From the NCBI GenBank assembly GCA_965652395.1, contig CBFGUW010000002.1, positions 57,583 to 121,582 of the forward strand: a DNA stretch of 64,000 bases, in the 5' to 3' direction. The notes under the pieces are model-generated. The model made no database searches. It worked only from the letters and a program-made list of their open reading frames with translations, and was not told the DNA's origin. The translations under genes were made by a program, and so were the position numbers. The DNA is from an uncultured Saccharospirillum sp. (lineage in GTDB: Bacteria > Pseudomonadota > Gammaproteobacteria > Pseudomonadales > Natronospirillaceae). The number at the start of each line of letters is the position of its first letter. The stretch's first letter is position 1. Positions 1 through 10,146 of this stretch are shown piece after piece.

Positions 1-130
1 CGGCATTCGCGCTTTGCTGTGAACGGGCCAGATCGGTTTGCAGGGATTGGTAGATATAAGCCCCTACTGCCGAGCCGACCACTAAAATGACCGCCAGCGC
101 TACGGATACCCAACCTCTTTGTGCTACCAC
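1..130 (-). CDS. hypothetical membrane-anchored protein, N-terminal fragment (gene runs off the window start)
   Basis: Minus-strand GTG at 128-130 preceded by GGAGG; translation VVAQRGWVSVALAVILVVGSAVGAY... is a single TM helix; remainder outside window. Confidence 0.3.
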   Translation of the reverse strand, partial: MVAQRGWVSVALAVILVVGSAVGAYIYQSLQTDLARSQQSANA

Positions 131-218
131 CTTGTTCGCCTCCTGCCGTGCGTTATTGTTGTCGTTTGTAAAGTTAAACTAGCAGTCTAGTGCAGCCTGA
201 TAAACTTTTCATTGCAAG

Positions 219-510
219 GGAACCTCTGAACAATTCCCCCTGGGCTCTGCGGGAGCCAAAACGTTCTGCCACAGTGGTGCGGCATCCCGACGGACTTCGC
301 AGCGCAATGGCCTTAGTCCTTGTCAAGAAGTCCAACGACGGGGCAGGACGTTTTGGCCCCGCCCGGAGGGGCTTTCCGAGGAACGCTACCACTTCGTTGG
401 ACTCATTTGAAAGGTCTGGACATTCCTGCATGAGTCCGTCGGGATGCCGCATCACTCGCGGTACCGTCCCTCGGAAAGCCAGAGCCCCGGGGGAATTGTT
501 CAGAGGCTCC
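219..510. repeat. ~292-bp palindromic MITE-like element, copy A (terminal inverted repeats GGAGCCTCTGAACAATTCC / GGAATTGTTCAGAGGCTCC)
   Basis: Near-identical second copy at 41948-42209; element is a long imperfect palindrome; copy A carries a complementary extension on both arms relative to copy B. Confidence 0.8.
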
Positions 511-530
511 CAAGACTTGGAGGATAACCC

Positions 531-932
531 ATGGAAACCACGGATCAGCAAGACGAGACCATCGACCGCGTTCGCGCCTTTATTCGCGAACACGCTCCGG
601 ATCTGATCGAAACCGGGGGCGACAGCCGTTGGACGGTGGGGAACATTCTGTTCCGCTACGAATCGGATGCGCCTGGGATGTACGCTTATATGGTCGGTCC
701 GTTGAAGAATGGCAAGGTAAGTTGGCACCTGATGCCGCTGTATGCTGTGGAATCCATCCGGGAAAAATGCTCGGAGCCCTTGAAACCTTTTATTTCGGGC
801 AAAAGTTGTATCCAATTCGCCCGGTTTGATGACTTACCGCTGGAGACTCTGAGGTTGTTGGTCACAGACGGCACGCCCCTGTTCAAAGAGGCGATGGAGG
901 CGCATCTGAGGAAGCGGAAGCCTCGGAAGTAG
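531..932 (+). CDS. DUF1801 (YdhG-like) domain protein
   Basis: 133-aa ORF with GGAGGA RBS 6 nt upstream, immediately after repeat copy A; sequence resembles YdhG/DUF1801 family (family call from memory). Confidence 0.55.
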   Translation: METTDQQDETIDRVRAFIREHAPDLIETGGDSRWTVGNILFRYESDAPGMYAYMVGPLKNGKVSWHLMPLYAVESIREKCSEPLKPFISGKSCIQFARFDDLPLETLRLLVTDGTPLFKEAMEAHLRKRKPRK

Positions 933-1006
933 AAAGCGGAACGGAGACAGGCGCTATACTTGAACTCAAGTTTCAGTGTTAGCGAGATGCTGGTTGCCAG
1001 AATTGC

Positions 1007-1119
1007 GCACCGGCTACCTGGTAGGCCCGTCAAGGGTCGGCATAAACCCATCCATGGGGCCTGGACCGCAGCATCCTTGCTGCGGACCACCCTTGACGGG
1101 CCTACCAGGCATCCGGTGC
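1007..1119. repeat. intergenic hairpin repeat (conserved core AACCCATCCATGGGGCCTGGACCGCAGC...GCTGCGGACC with copy-specific complementary arms), copy 1
   Basis: Core shared with elements at 1651-1774, 6469-6546, 6640-6767 (both inverted) and 63682-63787; arms CCTGGTAGGCCCGTCAAGGGT / ACCCTTGACGGGCCTACCAGG are perfectly complementary. Confidence 0.7.
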
Positions 1120-1166
1120 TCGCCTTGCCTGCTAACACGGACTGTGAGAGTGGGAGGAGGTCAAAC

Positions 1167-1595
1167 GTGCGTCAGTACATTCGACACCCGACAGACATAC
1201 CCCTGCACTATCATCTGGCCGATGAGCCGGAGGAATGCCACCCGCGCTTGAAGGATGTCAGCACGGGCGGTCTCAGTTTTTCCACCGACCAGCCGTTCGA
1301 TGCGGGGCAGATGCTGCGGATTCGCATTGATGTGACCGATCCGCCGTTCGAGATTCAGGGCCAGGTGGTGTGGTGCCATGCCCAGGATGACCATTATCTG
1401 GTGGGCATCAGTTTCGATTCCGTGGAAAAGGCTTTTGCGATCCGTATGGTGGAGCAGGTGTGCCACATCGAGCAGTATCGGTCGGCGGTCAAGCAATTGG
1501 AGCGGCGCGAGTTATCCTCGGAGGAAGCCGCCCAGGAGTGGATTGAGCGCCACGCCCGGGACTTTCCTGCCTGGCAGCCTCGGCAGGAGTCTTGA
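1167..1595 (+). CDS. PilZ domain protein (c-di-GMP receptor family)
   Basis: GTG start with GGGAGGAGG RBS at 1152-1160; RxxxR (RQYIR) and DxSxGG (DVSTGG) PilZ motifs. Confidence 0.65.
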   Translation: MRQYIRHPTDIPLHYHLADEPEECHPRLKDVSTGGLSFSTDQPFDAGQMLRIRIDVTDPPFEIQGQVVWCHAQDDHYLVGISFDSVEKAFAIRMVEQVCHIEQYRSAVKQLERRELSSEEAAQEWIERHARDFPAWQPRQES

Positions 1596-1650
1596 TCGAG
1601 TGTCCCCACCCTCCAACAATGGTTTAGATGTGTGAAGGCTAGCACCGGGT

Positions 1651-1774
1651 GCCAGGTAGGCTCATCCAGGGTGGTCCGCAGTATGGATCGGTCCGACGCC
1701 TCGGCTGCGGCCCAGGCCCCATGGATGGGTTGAGTGGGCGGCATTCCGCACGACCCTGGAGGAGCCTACCTGGC
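1651..1774. repeat. intergenic hairpin repeat, copy 2 (inverted orientation, expanded inner loop)
   Basis: Reverse complement contains CCATCCATGGGGCCTGGGCCGCAGC core; flanked by complementary arms GCCAGGTAGGCTC... / ...GAGCCTACCTGGC; lies between convergent PilZ and pullulanase genes. Confidence 0.65.
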
Positions 1775-1812
1775 AACCGATGCGGGTTCTCGGCACCAGA
1801 CTGTCTAAGGTG

Positions 1813-3984
1813 TCAGTCCTGATACAACACCGTCACAGCCGTCCCCTCGATGTCCACCGTGCCACTAACAGTCCTTCCGTTACCGGCATTCGGATCATTC
1901 CTTTCCATCGCCACCTTCCAGGTGCCGCCCGGTAGCGGGTAGCTGAAGTTTCCGCCCGAAGCGTAAATCACCAGGATTCGCGACCAGTCATCTCCGTTGG
2001 CACCGGCATTGATGTCGGTCACCAAGACATCGTTCGCGTAGCGCGTGGTGGTGACGTGTTGGTCGATCTCGTTCCAGCTGTTCATGCGGAAGCCGGGGTG
2101 GGCTTTGCGCAGGGCGATGGCGTCGCGGTAGTACTGATAGATGTCGGCGTTGTCGATTTTCCAGTTCCAGCGGATTTTGTTGACGGAGTCCGGTGAGCGG
2201 TAGCTGTTATGGTCGCCGTCTTTGTCACGCAGCATCTCGACCCCGCCGTGCAGAAAGGGGATGCCTTGGGAGGTCAGCACCATGCCGTTGGCGAAGTTGT
2301 GAATCCGCCGCAAATAGTCGCTGTTTTCAGGCACGTTGTTGAGCGCCGCCCAGGCGAGGATTTTGTCGCGGAGTGAGAGGTTGTCGTGTGCGGAGACGTA
2401 GTTGATGCTCTGCTCGGGGTCGGTGGCGAACATCGGGTCCCAGAGGTCGATAACCTGGTTCGGGTCGTTGTTGTATCGAATGCCGCCGCGGCTGCCGAAG
2501 TCGATTTGCCAACTTTGGCCTTGGTTAAAGGCGAAGCCTCCACCGTGGCCGCTGTCGTTGTCGCCTTTGATGGCTTCCCGGTATTTCGGGTTGAATACGC
2601 CAACGTGGGCGCTTTCCTCGCGCGCTATGGTGCCGAGGCGAACGCGTTGGGCTTCTCGGGTATCGGTGGCGTAGCCGTTCCAGGGTTCGCCGTAAATCAG
2701 CAGGTTCCGATCCGGGAACTGCTGATTCAAATGACGGCCCCAAGCGCCGAATTCGTCGTAATCGAAGATTCCCACCAGGTCGAAACGGAAGCCGTCCAGG
2801 TTGTATTCACGCACCCAGTATTCGAGGGAGTCCTGGATCATCCGTCCGACCATGGGGACGTTGGCATCCGTTGAGTTTCCGGTGCCGGAGAGGTCGGTGT
2901 CGGTGTAATACTGCATGGAGATGTTTTCGAACATTTCGAAATCGAAGGTGTGGTTGTAGACCACGTCCATTACCACCCGAATGCCCGCTTTGTGGAATTC
3001 GTTGATCATGGTTTTTACTTCGCGCACCCGCTCCAGATAGTCCGTGGTGGTGGCATAGCGTTCTTCGGGCACGTTGTAGTTGCGCGGGTCGTAGCCCCAG
3101 TTATAACAACTGGTGTCCGCCGGATCGGAGCAGGTGGAAAAATCGTAGAACGGTAATATCTGAACGTGGGTGACGCCCAGTTCTTTCAGGTGGTCGATTC
3201 CGGTAGTCACACCCTGATAGGTGGTGCCGCCTTCGACCATGCCGAGGTATTTGCCACGCTTTTCCGGTGATACGCCGGAGGTGGCGTCGATGGTGAAATC
3301 CCGAATGTGGATCTCGTAAATAATGGCGTCTTCACGTTCCACCAACGGCGGCGGTGCCACCCAGCCTCCGGCCGGTTCCGTGCGGCTCATGTCCATCACG
3401 ATGTTCACGTCCTGGTTGGGCAGGGCCATTTTACCGTAGGGGTCTCTCACCTGGACGCCATCGATGGTGAAGTAGTATTCGGCACCGTGCAGGTCTCCGG
3501 CGATTTCGATGCCGTAAATGTGGCTATAGCCCTGTTGATCAGCGAGCCTTGGCAGGGAATATGGCTGGCCGTTGAGCACCAGCCCGACGTTGGCGGAGTC
3601 CGGCGACCAGATGGCGAAGGTGGTTGCGCTCGGGCTGTATTCCGCGCCCAGTCTGTCAACGGTCAGGTTACCGGCCACAGTCTCGACCAGGCTGATCTGT
3701 TGGCTGCCGGTATCGAAGCAGATCTCGTAACGGGTGTCGGCCGCGACGTTATAGTCCGCCGAGGGGTAGCTTTCACTCCAGTCGGCATAACGGTCGATTT
3801 TAAAGCGGGGGCCGCCCGCCGAATCGCCATTACCGAAACTCTGGGTGGTGCACCAGCGGTTGCCGGTTTCCTGAGTCATCTGGGTCGCGCCCCAGCCGTT
3901 TGGCGTGCCGCGAAAATACCAGTCCGCCTGGGCCAGGCTGCTGCTTAGCGCGAGCAGGCCCACCATCGCCGTGATTTTCAACAT
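1813..3984 (-). CDS. pulA: type I pullulanase (GH13 family) with signal peptide and N-terminal CBM-like region
   Basis: YNWGYDP pullulanase motif, GH13 catalytic regions; start placed at MLKITAMVGLLALSSSLAQA signal peptide with AAGAGGAG RBS. Confidence 0.85.
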   Translation of the reverse strand: MLKITAMVGLLALSSSLAQADWYFRGTPNGWGATQMTQETGNRWCTTQSFGNGDSAGGPRFKIDRYADWSESYPSADYNVAADTRYEICFDTGSQQISLVETVAGNLTVDRLGAEYSPSATTFAIWSPDSANVGLVLNGQPYSLPRLADQQGYSHIYGIEIAGDLHGAEYYFTIDGVQVRDPYGKMALPNQDVNIVMDMSRTEPAGGWVAPPPLVEREDAIIYEIHIRDFTIDATSGVSPEKRGKYLGMVEGGTTYQGVTTGIDHLKELGVTHVQILPFYDFSTCSDPADTSCYNWGYDPRNYNVPEERYATTTDYLERVREVKTMINEFHKAGIRVVMDVVYNHTFDFEMFENISMQYYTDTDLSGTGNSTDANVPMVGRMIQDSLEYWVREYNLDGFRFDLVGIFDYDEFGAWGRHLNQQFPDRNLLIYGEPWNGYATDTREAQRVRLGTIAREESAHVGVFNPKYREAIKGDNDSGHGGGFAFNQGQSWQIDFGSRGGIRYNNDPNQVIDLWDPMFATDPEQSINYVSAHDNLSLRDKILAWAALNNVPENSDYLRRIHNFANGMVLTSQGIPFLHGGVEMLRDKDGDHNSYRSPDSVNKIRWNWKIDNADIYQYYRDAIALRKAHPGFRMNSWNEIDQHVTTTRYANDVLVTDINAGANGDDWSRILVIYASGGNFSYPLPGGTWKVAMERNDPNAGNGRTVSGTVDIEGTAVTVLYQD

Positions 3985-4265
3985 GAGTCGAGCTCCTCTT
4001 TTTGTTGTTGTCGCGTCGACTATGCCGTTTTCCCTCGCCCTTTGGCTTCCTCCCTGGGGATGATTTTCCATGCGCTCCAGTCAGCGCCCCGTTCCCCAGG
4101 GCTTTAGAGGGTTTTGCGGCAACGGCGGGGAAACCAACCCTTTGGCAAATTCCGCCCCCGGGGGAGGAAGACCTGAAAGAGCAGTGGGGGCACACTGTTG
4201 ACACTGAGTTGTACCTGCCCGAAATCCGGGCCGCACCCTACAAAAACAACGACGAGGTGATATTC

Positions 4266-6233
4266 GTGACACACTCTGTATTACACCCGAGCCGACTGGC
4301 GCTGGCCGGTTCCCTGGTGTTGGCCTCCCTGGCCATGCCCGCCCTGGCCGATATGGCCGCTTCCGCCAATGTGATGGCCCCGCTTGAAGTCAGCGACTAC
4401 GGCGCGTTCGAAAATCAGCTGCAAACCGCGAAGAATATGGGCGTGACCGCAGTGTCGGTCGATGTCTGGTGGGGCAAGGTGGAAGGCGCCGGTGACCAGC
4501 AGTTCGACTGGGGTTACTACGACGACCTGTTTGGCCGTATCACTGCCGCCGGGCTGGATGTGGTGCCCATCATGTCGTTCCACCAGTGCGGTGGAAACGT
4601 CGGCGACACCTGCAATATCCCGATTCCAGGCTGGATCTGGAACCACTACAGCGTGCCTTCGTCCGACCTGCGCTATAAGAGCGAACAGGGCAATGAATCC
4701 TGGGAAACGGTGTCTCTGTGGGCGGATTCCCTGGTGCTGGGCGAGTATCAGGAATTCATGGAAGCCTTCGAAAGCCACTTCTCCTACATGGCCGGTGACA
4801 TCGATGAGATCAACATCTCCATGGGCCCGGCCGGTGAGCTGCGCTACCCCTCCTACAACAGCCACGACACCGGCAGCGGTTACCCGACCCGGGGCGCGTT
4901 CCAATCCTACAGCGACCCGGCCAAGGCGGATTTCCAGGCTTGGGCTATCGACAAATACGGCAGCCTCTCAGGCGTGAACAATGCCTGGGGCACCAGCCTG
5001 AGTTCCACAAGCCAGATTCAACCGCCCTCCAACGCGGGCACTTTCGTCAGCAACGGCGACCATTACTACACCCAGTACGGTCGGGACTTTGTCCGCTGGT
5101 ATCACGACAGCCTGATGGGCCACGGTTACAACATGATGGACACCGCCCTGGCCGGTTTCGACGGCGCCTTCGCGGACATCGAGCTGGGCATGAAGATTCC
5201 GGGTATCCATTGGAAAATGTCGGCGACGGACAATACCAAGCGCAGCGCGGAAATCGCGGCGGGTTTGATACCCTCCGATGTCGACCTGGACAGCAGCGCC
5301 ACCGGTCACGGTTATGCGGATATCGTGGGTATCCCGGCCAGCTACCAGAGCGAGCCTCGCGGTGTGGTACTGCATTTCACGGCACTGGAGATGAACGACG
5401 ACCCTTACGGCGGCGGTCAGTCCCTGGCGCAAACGCTGGTCTTCTGGGTGGCCGAGGAAGCGGCGAACCAGGGCGTTCCCATCAAGGGTGAAAACGCGCT
5501 GGCCGGTGGTGTCACCAACGATAACGGCTGGGACAACATCGAGAATGCCTTCGACTATGCCAGTTACAGTGGCATGACGGTGCTACGCATCAACCAGGTG
5601 GCCACCGGCGGCACGGGGCAATACCGCTACGAGCAGTTCATCAATAATTATCTGCAGGTGGAAGGCGACTGGCAGCGGACGGTAATCTTCATGTACGGCC
5701 AAACGCAAAGCGGTCAGGATATGTTCATTCGCGGCGGCATCGACCACGATTACGCGAACAACAATCTGGGCCGCAACTGCGCGACGTCGAATTTCGACTG
5801 CGCCATCCGCATCCAGCACAACAATCTGCTCAATGCGACAACCCAACCCTGGAAACAGGGCGATTTGTACCTTGACTGGTACGGCCTGGAGGCCAATCAG
5901 GGTTCCGGTGCCGAGGGAACAGCGATGGATTGGACGACTAACCTGTGGCCAACCAGCTGGGGCACAAAGCGCACGGTGGCTGTCGACGGCTACGGTGAAG
6001 AACCGCTGAACAATTACGGTGACCATTACTGGATGCTGGATGTCCAAATGGACTGCTCCAACACCGTCAATGGCTGGTTCGAACTCAAGTCCTACATTTC
6101 CAACGGTCCTGGCTGGGAAGGCACCATCAGCCAAAGCGGCACGCCATATGCCTCCGGCAACCACATGGCGCAGTGCGGCAAGATCAACGTCTTCCAACGC
6201 AACAACAGCAGTGCTCAGATCCTGAACTTCTAA
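4266..6233 (+). CDS. beta-amylase (GH14) with signal peptide and ~230-aa C-terminal extension of unknown family
   Basis: [27 protein letters not shown] (catalytic Glu) and FTALEM (second catalytic Glu) motifs of GH14; GTG start with GAGGTGA RBS; signal peptide [28 protein letters not shown]. Confidence 0.85.
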   Translation: MTHSVLHPSRLALAGSLVLASLAMPALADMAASANVMAPLEVSDYGAFENQLQTAKNMGVTAVSVDVWWGKVEGAGDQQFDWGYYDDLFGRITAAGLDVVPIMSFHQCGGNVGDTCNIPIPGWIWNHYSVPSSDLRYKSEQGNESWETVSLWADSLVLGEYQEFMEAFESHFSYMAGDIDEINISMGPAGELRYPSYNSHDTGSGYPTRGAFQSYSDPAKADFQAWAIDKYGSLSGVNNAWGTSLSSTSQIQPPSNAGTFVSNGDHYYTQYGRDFVRWYHDSLMGHGYNMMDTALAGFDGAFADIELGMKIPGIHWKMSATDNTKRSAEIAAGLIPSDVDLDSSATGHGYADIVGIPASYQSEPRGVVLHFTALEMNDDPYGGGQSLAQTLVFWVAEEAANQGVPIKGENALAGGVTNDNGWDNIENAFDYASYSGMTVLRINQVATGGTGQYRYEQFINNYLQVEGDWQRTVIFMYGQTQSGQDMFIRGGIDHDYANNNLGRNCATSNFDCAIRIQHNNLLNATTQPWKQGDLYLDWYGLEANQGSGAEGTAMDWTTNLWPTSWGTKRTVAVDGYGEEPLNNYGDHYWMLDVQMDCSNTVNGWFELKSYISNGPGWEGTISQSGTPYASGNHMAQCGKINVFQRNNSSAQILNF

Positions 6234-6257
6234 CGCTAACTCTCTGTCGGACTTCAC

Positions 6258-6280
6258 GGGCGCTTCGGCGCCCTTTTTTT
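6258..6280 (+). terminator. rho-independent terminator of beta-amylase gene
   Basis: GGGCGCTTCGGCGCCC hairpin followed by T7 tract. Confidence 0.6.
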
Positions 6281-6287
6281 GCCTGTC

Positions 6288-6444
6288 GTTTTGGGATGGT
6301 GCCTCTGCTCGTTATGGCTAAGCCTTCTACGGTGTCTATCGTTTGGAATTGTGCCACTGTTTTATACGGCTAGGCCTTCTACTCTGCCTATGGTTTGGGA
6401 TGGTGCCACTGTTTTACGCGGCTAGGCCTTCTACTTTGCCTGTG
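6288..6444. repeat. three tandem direct repeats of ~52 bp (GTTTGGGATGGTGCCACTGTTTTA.GCGGCTAGGCCTTCTAC...)
   Basis: Units at 6288-6340, 6341-6392, 6393-6444 with ~85% identity; each unit contains a GGATGG/GGAATT motif and a palindromic GGCTAGCC. Confidence 0.8.
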
Positions 6445-6468
6445 GTCCGTGCCTGCTACTGGGGTAAG

Positions 6469-6546
6469 CCCCTGGAGGGCACGCCATTAACCCATCCATG
6501 GGGGCTCGGCGGCGCGCATCCCTGCGCGCCGACGTCCCTCCAGGGG
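6469..6546. repeat. degenerate copy of intergenic hairpin repeat (core CCATCCATGGGGG + inner stem GGCGCGCA/TGCGCGCC)
   Basis: Arms CCCCTGGAGGGCACG / CGTCCCTCCAGGGG complementary; inner stem-loop differs from other copies but preserves pairing. Confidence 0.5.
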
Positions 6547-6639
6547 CTTCCCCCAGCATCAGGCACTTGTTCTTAGGCTGACTGTGAATTGTATGATCCC
6601 TTTTTGCTTTATGGTTCAACCACAGTTGGAGTATGGGTG

Positions 6640-6767
6640 GGTCGAGGGGTCGGGGACTACCCTATGGGGATGTCGGCAGTATGGATCGGTCCGACGCCTC
6701 GGCTGCCGTCTAGCCTCCATGGATGGATTCACGGCGACCCCAGAGGGTAGTACCCGACCCCTCGACC
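6640..6767. repeat. intergenic hairpin repeat, copy (inverted orientation)
   Basis: Shares GCAGTATGGATCGGTCCGACGCCTCGGCTGC and CCATGGATGG core with 1651-1774; arms GGTCGAGGGGTCGGG.ACTACCCT / AGGGTAGTACCCGACCCCTCGACC complementary. Confidence 0.7.
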
Positions 6768-6935
6768 CGCCCTGGCACAAAAGGAGCACTACAAAAGTGC
6801 CACCAAAACAACCACGGGCACAAAAAGGGTAGGAAATATCAAACTACGGGCTAATTCGTCCTGATAGTGGGAGGAGGGTTGATTTAGGCTTGCGGGCGGT
6901 ATGGACTATTACAGCGTTCCTATTGAGCCCGGTAC

Positions 6936-9614
6936 ATGACATCGAATAAGAATAATACTTCTCGGTTCGTTCCCGACGCCAGCCGCAACCGGTTGTGGAT
7001 ACAGCCCTATAAACTCGTTCAGCCCAGCAGTGGTTCGCCCCTGCTCGACCGACCACGACTGATATCGCAACTGGATCAATGTCGGCAGTTTCCGCTCACC
7101 CTGCTGCGCAGCCCCGCCGGTTATGGCAAAACCAGCCTGCTGACGCAATGGGCCGCCGACACCCGCGCCAACGTCATGTGGTATGGGCTCGACCCCAGTG
7201 ACAACGACCCCAGTTATTTTGCCAGCCACCTCATTTACGGCCTCCACATCGCCACCGGCGAAGGGTGCCCCGACTCCCTGCGGCTCGTCGAAACCAACCA
7301 GTTCGACCGGCTCGACAGCCTGCTGACCAAAGCCTTGATCGAACTCTCCCACCACTTCGAGCCCCTGTTTATCGTGCTCGACGACGCCCATACCCTGGTA
7401 GAACCCGCCATTCTCAGTGCACTGAAACAATGGATTCGCTTTCTGCCACCCAACATTCATCTCATCCTCACCGGCCACCACGAACCCGGCCTCGGGCTCT
7501 CCGCTCTGCGGGTAAAAGGCCAGCTGCTCGAAATTCAGGCCGACCAGCTCGCCTTCAATCGTGACGAGCTCGACCGCTTTTTGCACAAACGCCTGCCGTT
7601 TACTCCCTCCGCCGACGCCATCGACCGCCTGATGGAAGAGACCGGCGGTTGGCCTGGGGGCTTGGAGCTGATCAGCCGTAACGCCCACAGCGAGGACGAC
7701 CTGGTCTACGCCAGTGGAAAGTTGCAGCGGTCTTTCCAGCATCTGGAAGCCTATCTCGACGATGAAATCTTGAGCGACCTGCCCGAGGCGCTTTACCACT
7801 TTTTAACGTCAGTCTGTGTGTTCGGGCGGTTTGATGCGCCGCTGTGCGATCAGTTGCTGGGGCGGAACGACTCCGAGACGTTGATCCAACAGTTGCGCGA
7901 GCATCAGTTGTTTATCGTTCCCGTCGATGAGGATAAAGGCATTTTTCGCCTGCAAGCTCTGTTTCGACAAACGCTGATCAAGCGGATGCACAGCCACGAG
8001 CCGGAGCGCTGGCGACAGATTCGCGTTCGGGCGGGTTACGCTTACCTGCATCAGGGGCGGCCTATGGAGGCGGCGCAGTTGGCTCTGCAGTTGAGTGATT
8101 CCGACCTTAACCTGGCGATTCTTACCTCCGGTGGGTTGGATTTTTACCGGTCCGGGCAATTCTCGGTGGTGCTGCGGTTACTTGAGCCGCTGGATGAAGC
8201 CACGCTGCTCGCCCACACCGATCTGATTCTGCTGAAAGCCTGGATTTGTCTGCTCAGCTACCAGGAAGACAAGGTGCTGCCCATGCTGGCTCAGGCGGAA
8301 AGCCGGTTGGGGCGGGACCAGCCCCAAATCGGGCTGGAATATGCCGTGGCCCGCGCTCAGGCGGCTATCAATGGTGAGCATTTCGCTGAAGCCAAAGCAT
8401 TGGCCGGTGGTGCCATCGATCAGTTACCCAGTGGTAGTTTTGTATCGCGAACGGTGGCGGCGTCGGTGTTGGGACAGGCGGCGCTCTGTGAGGGAGAGCT
8501 GGAGCAGGCGACGCACTATCTCGCCCAGGCGGAGGCGCTTTCGGTACAGCAGGGTTTGACCCAGCAACGGCTTTGGGCGTTGTGTTTGATGGCGGATGTG
8601 CAGATGGTCAAAGCCGAACCTGATTCAGCCTTGGATCGGCTGAATCAGGCCATGGCGTTGGCCAGGAATCATTGCATCGAGCAGGTCCTGCATATGGAGT
8701 TTGTGTATCGTAACAAGGCGCAGGTTCTGGTCGAGCGGGGGCAATGGGAAACAGCCTTGGAATGCCTGGAGTTGGGTACGGAAATCATCGAGCCTCTGGG
8801 TGACTACGGTCTGCTGAACGCCTACGTCATGCGTGGGCGCCTGGCGCTGCTCTCCAACGACCCGCATCTTGCCGGGCAGTTGGCGATTCAGGTTCGTAAT
8901 CTGCTGCAACGTTACCACTACCATACCGATTGGGTGGCCCAGGCCCATGAATTCCTGATCTGTGCGGATCGCCTGCTGGAACCGGGTGCCAGCCCGGTCT
9001 TCATGCCACCGGAATGCGACAGTGGCCCAGCCATTAATCATTTCTACCAGCATTATGATCGCAACCGGGCCATCGCCGCCTGGCTGAACGGCGATGAGGC
9101 CGAGGCGCGTCAGGCGGTGGAGACGCTGCTATCGCTGGCGGACCGACATGGCCTGAAACTGATGTCGCTGAAAGCCCATTTACTGCTGGCGGTCTGGTCG
9201 GACGACGACCGGGGTCTGGCTCATTGGCAGGCCATTCAGCCGGATTTACCCAAGGTGAGGCCGGTGACCACGTTGGACATCTATCGCCGCCTGTTCAACA
9301 TCGGCCACCGTGACTGGCCGGATTGGGATCTCTGGTTTCAGCCCAAAGACCCTCATCGCCCCAAGGCACAGGCCACCGATGCCGACCCTCGGTTGAAGCA
9401 GTTGAACCAGCGACACGCCCGGGGTCATGAATCGGTGACGGTGAAAGAGTTTCAGGTGCTGTTACTCATCGGTGAGGGGCTGAGTAATGAAGACATCGCC
9501 CAGTGCATGCATGTGGCGCTATCGACGGTGAAAAGCCACATTCGCCGCCTTTACCGCAAGCTGGACATCGACAACCGGGAACAGGCCAGAACCCTGATGC
9601 GAATGCTTCAGTGA
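6936..9614 (+). CDS. malT: MalT-type transcriptional activator (STAND NTPase + LuxR HTH)
   Basis: N-terminal SPAGYGKTSLLTQWAA Walker A and WYGLDPSDND/FASHLI blocks closely resemble E. coli MalT; C-terminal LuxR-type HTH; 892 aa; adjacent to amylolytic genes. Confidence 0.8.
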   Translation: MTSNKNNTSRFVPDASRNRLWIQPYKLVQPSSGSPLLDRPRLISQLDQCRQFPLTLLRSPAGYGKTSLLTQWAADTRANVMWYGLDPSDNDPSYFASHLIYGLHIATGEGCPDSLRLVETNQFDRLDSLLTKALIELSHHFEPLFIVLDDAHTLVEPAILSALKQWIRFLPPNIHLILTGHHEPGLGLSALRVKGQLLEIQADQLAFNRDELDRFLHKRLPFTPSADAIDRLMEETGGWPGGLELISRNAHSEDDLVYASGKLQRSFQHLEAYLDDEILSDLPEALYHFLTSVCVFGRFDAPLCDQLLGRNDSETLIQQLREHQLFIVPVDEDKGIFRLQALFRQTLIKRMHSHEPERWRQIRVRAGYAYLHQGRPMEAAQLALQLSDSDLNLAILTSGGLDFYRSGQFSVVLRLLEPLDEATLLAHTDLILLKAWICLLSYQEDKVLPMLAQAESRLGRDQPQIGLEYAVARAQAAINGEHFAEAKALAGGAIDQLPSGSFVSRTVAASVLGQAALCEGELEQATHYLAQAEALSVQQGLTQQRLWALCLMADVQMVKAEPDSALDRLNQAMALARNHCIEQVLHMEFVYRNKAQVLVERGQWETALECLELGTEIIEPLGDYGLLNAYVMRGRLALLSNDPHLAGQLAIQVRNLLQRYHYHTDWVAQAHEFLICADRLLEPGASPVFMPPECDSGPAINHFYQHYDRNRAIAAWLNGDEAEARQAVETLLSLADRHGLKLMSLKAHLLLAVWSDDDRGLAHWQAIQPDLPKVRPVTTLDIYRRLFNIGHRDWPDWDLWFQPKDPHRPKAQATDADPRLKQLNQRHARGHESVTVKEFQVLLLIGEGLSNEDIAQCMHVALSTVKSHIRRLYRKLDIDNREQARTLMRMLQ

Positions 9615-9720
9615 CGCCGATTGACCGCTTTTTGAGAGCACCAGGCAAACGACCATTGCAGCGCCGCCCGGCACACCCCATACAGAAAGAGGTTAACCCC
9701 AAGGAAAAGGAGTCACTGCT

Positions 9721-10146
9721 ATGACACCCAGCCAAATCATGCTGCTTTGGAGTTTCGGCGGCCTGGCCACTTTCGTGATACTGGCCCTGTTGCCCTGGGT
9801 CAACCTGGGCATGATGGGTTATCTCAGGGAGTTCAGCGCACTCATTCTGGCGTTTCTCGCAGGCACCCTTTGGCTTCCGGCGGTGCGTAACGCCGATGAC
9901 CGCCACCCTAAAGCCACGGCTCTGGCCATGGCGATTTTCCTGCTGTGTTGGCTGGCGCTTTTCATTCCGGCCTGGGCTGCAGTGGCGCTATTGACTGTGG
10001 GCTACCCGGTGGTCTGGTGGTTTGAGCGCCACTGGTATGGTGCCGATCAAAGTCTGGATTACCGAAACCTCCGCACCCTGCTGACCTGGGGTGTGGTGGC
10101 GGCTCATTTACTGGCTCTGGCGGCGCTGTCCCGCAGTCCGGGTTAA
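9721..10146 (+). CDS. small integral membrane protein (4 predicted TM helices)
   Basis: AAGGAG RBS; hydrophobic segments throughout. Confidence 0.5.
   Translation: MTPSQIMLLWSFGGLATFVILALLPWVNLGMMGYLREFSALILAFLAGTLWLPAVRNADDRHPKATALAMAIFLLCWLALFIPAWAAVALLTVGYPVVWWFERHWYGADQSLDYRNLRTLLTWGVVAAHLLALAALSRSPG

Noticed and set aside
174-815. 213-aa minus-strand ORF and 138-aa plus-strand ORF spanning repeat copy A
   Set aside because: They lie inside the palindromic MITE-like element. The palindrome creates long stop-free frames on both strands. There is no RBS or codon bias, so they are not protein-coding.
6288-6444. Possible CRISPR array, suggested by ~52-bp direct repeats
   Set aside because: Units are contiguous with no intervening unique spacers, unit length is atypical, and no cas genes are nearby. 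It is a tandem repeat, not a CRISPR.
6909-7799. 296-aa minus-strand ORF overlapping the malT 5' region
   Set aside because: Antisense shadow ORF. The plus frame carries the MalT Walker A and conserved blocks.
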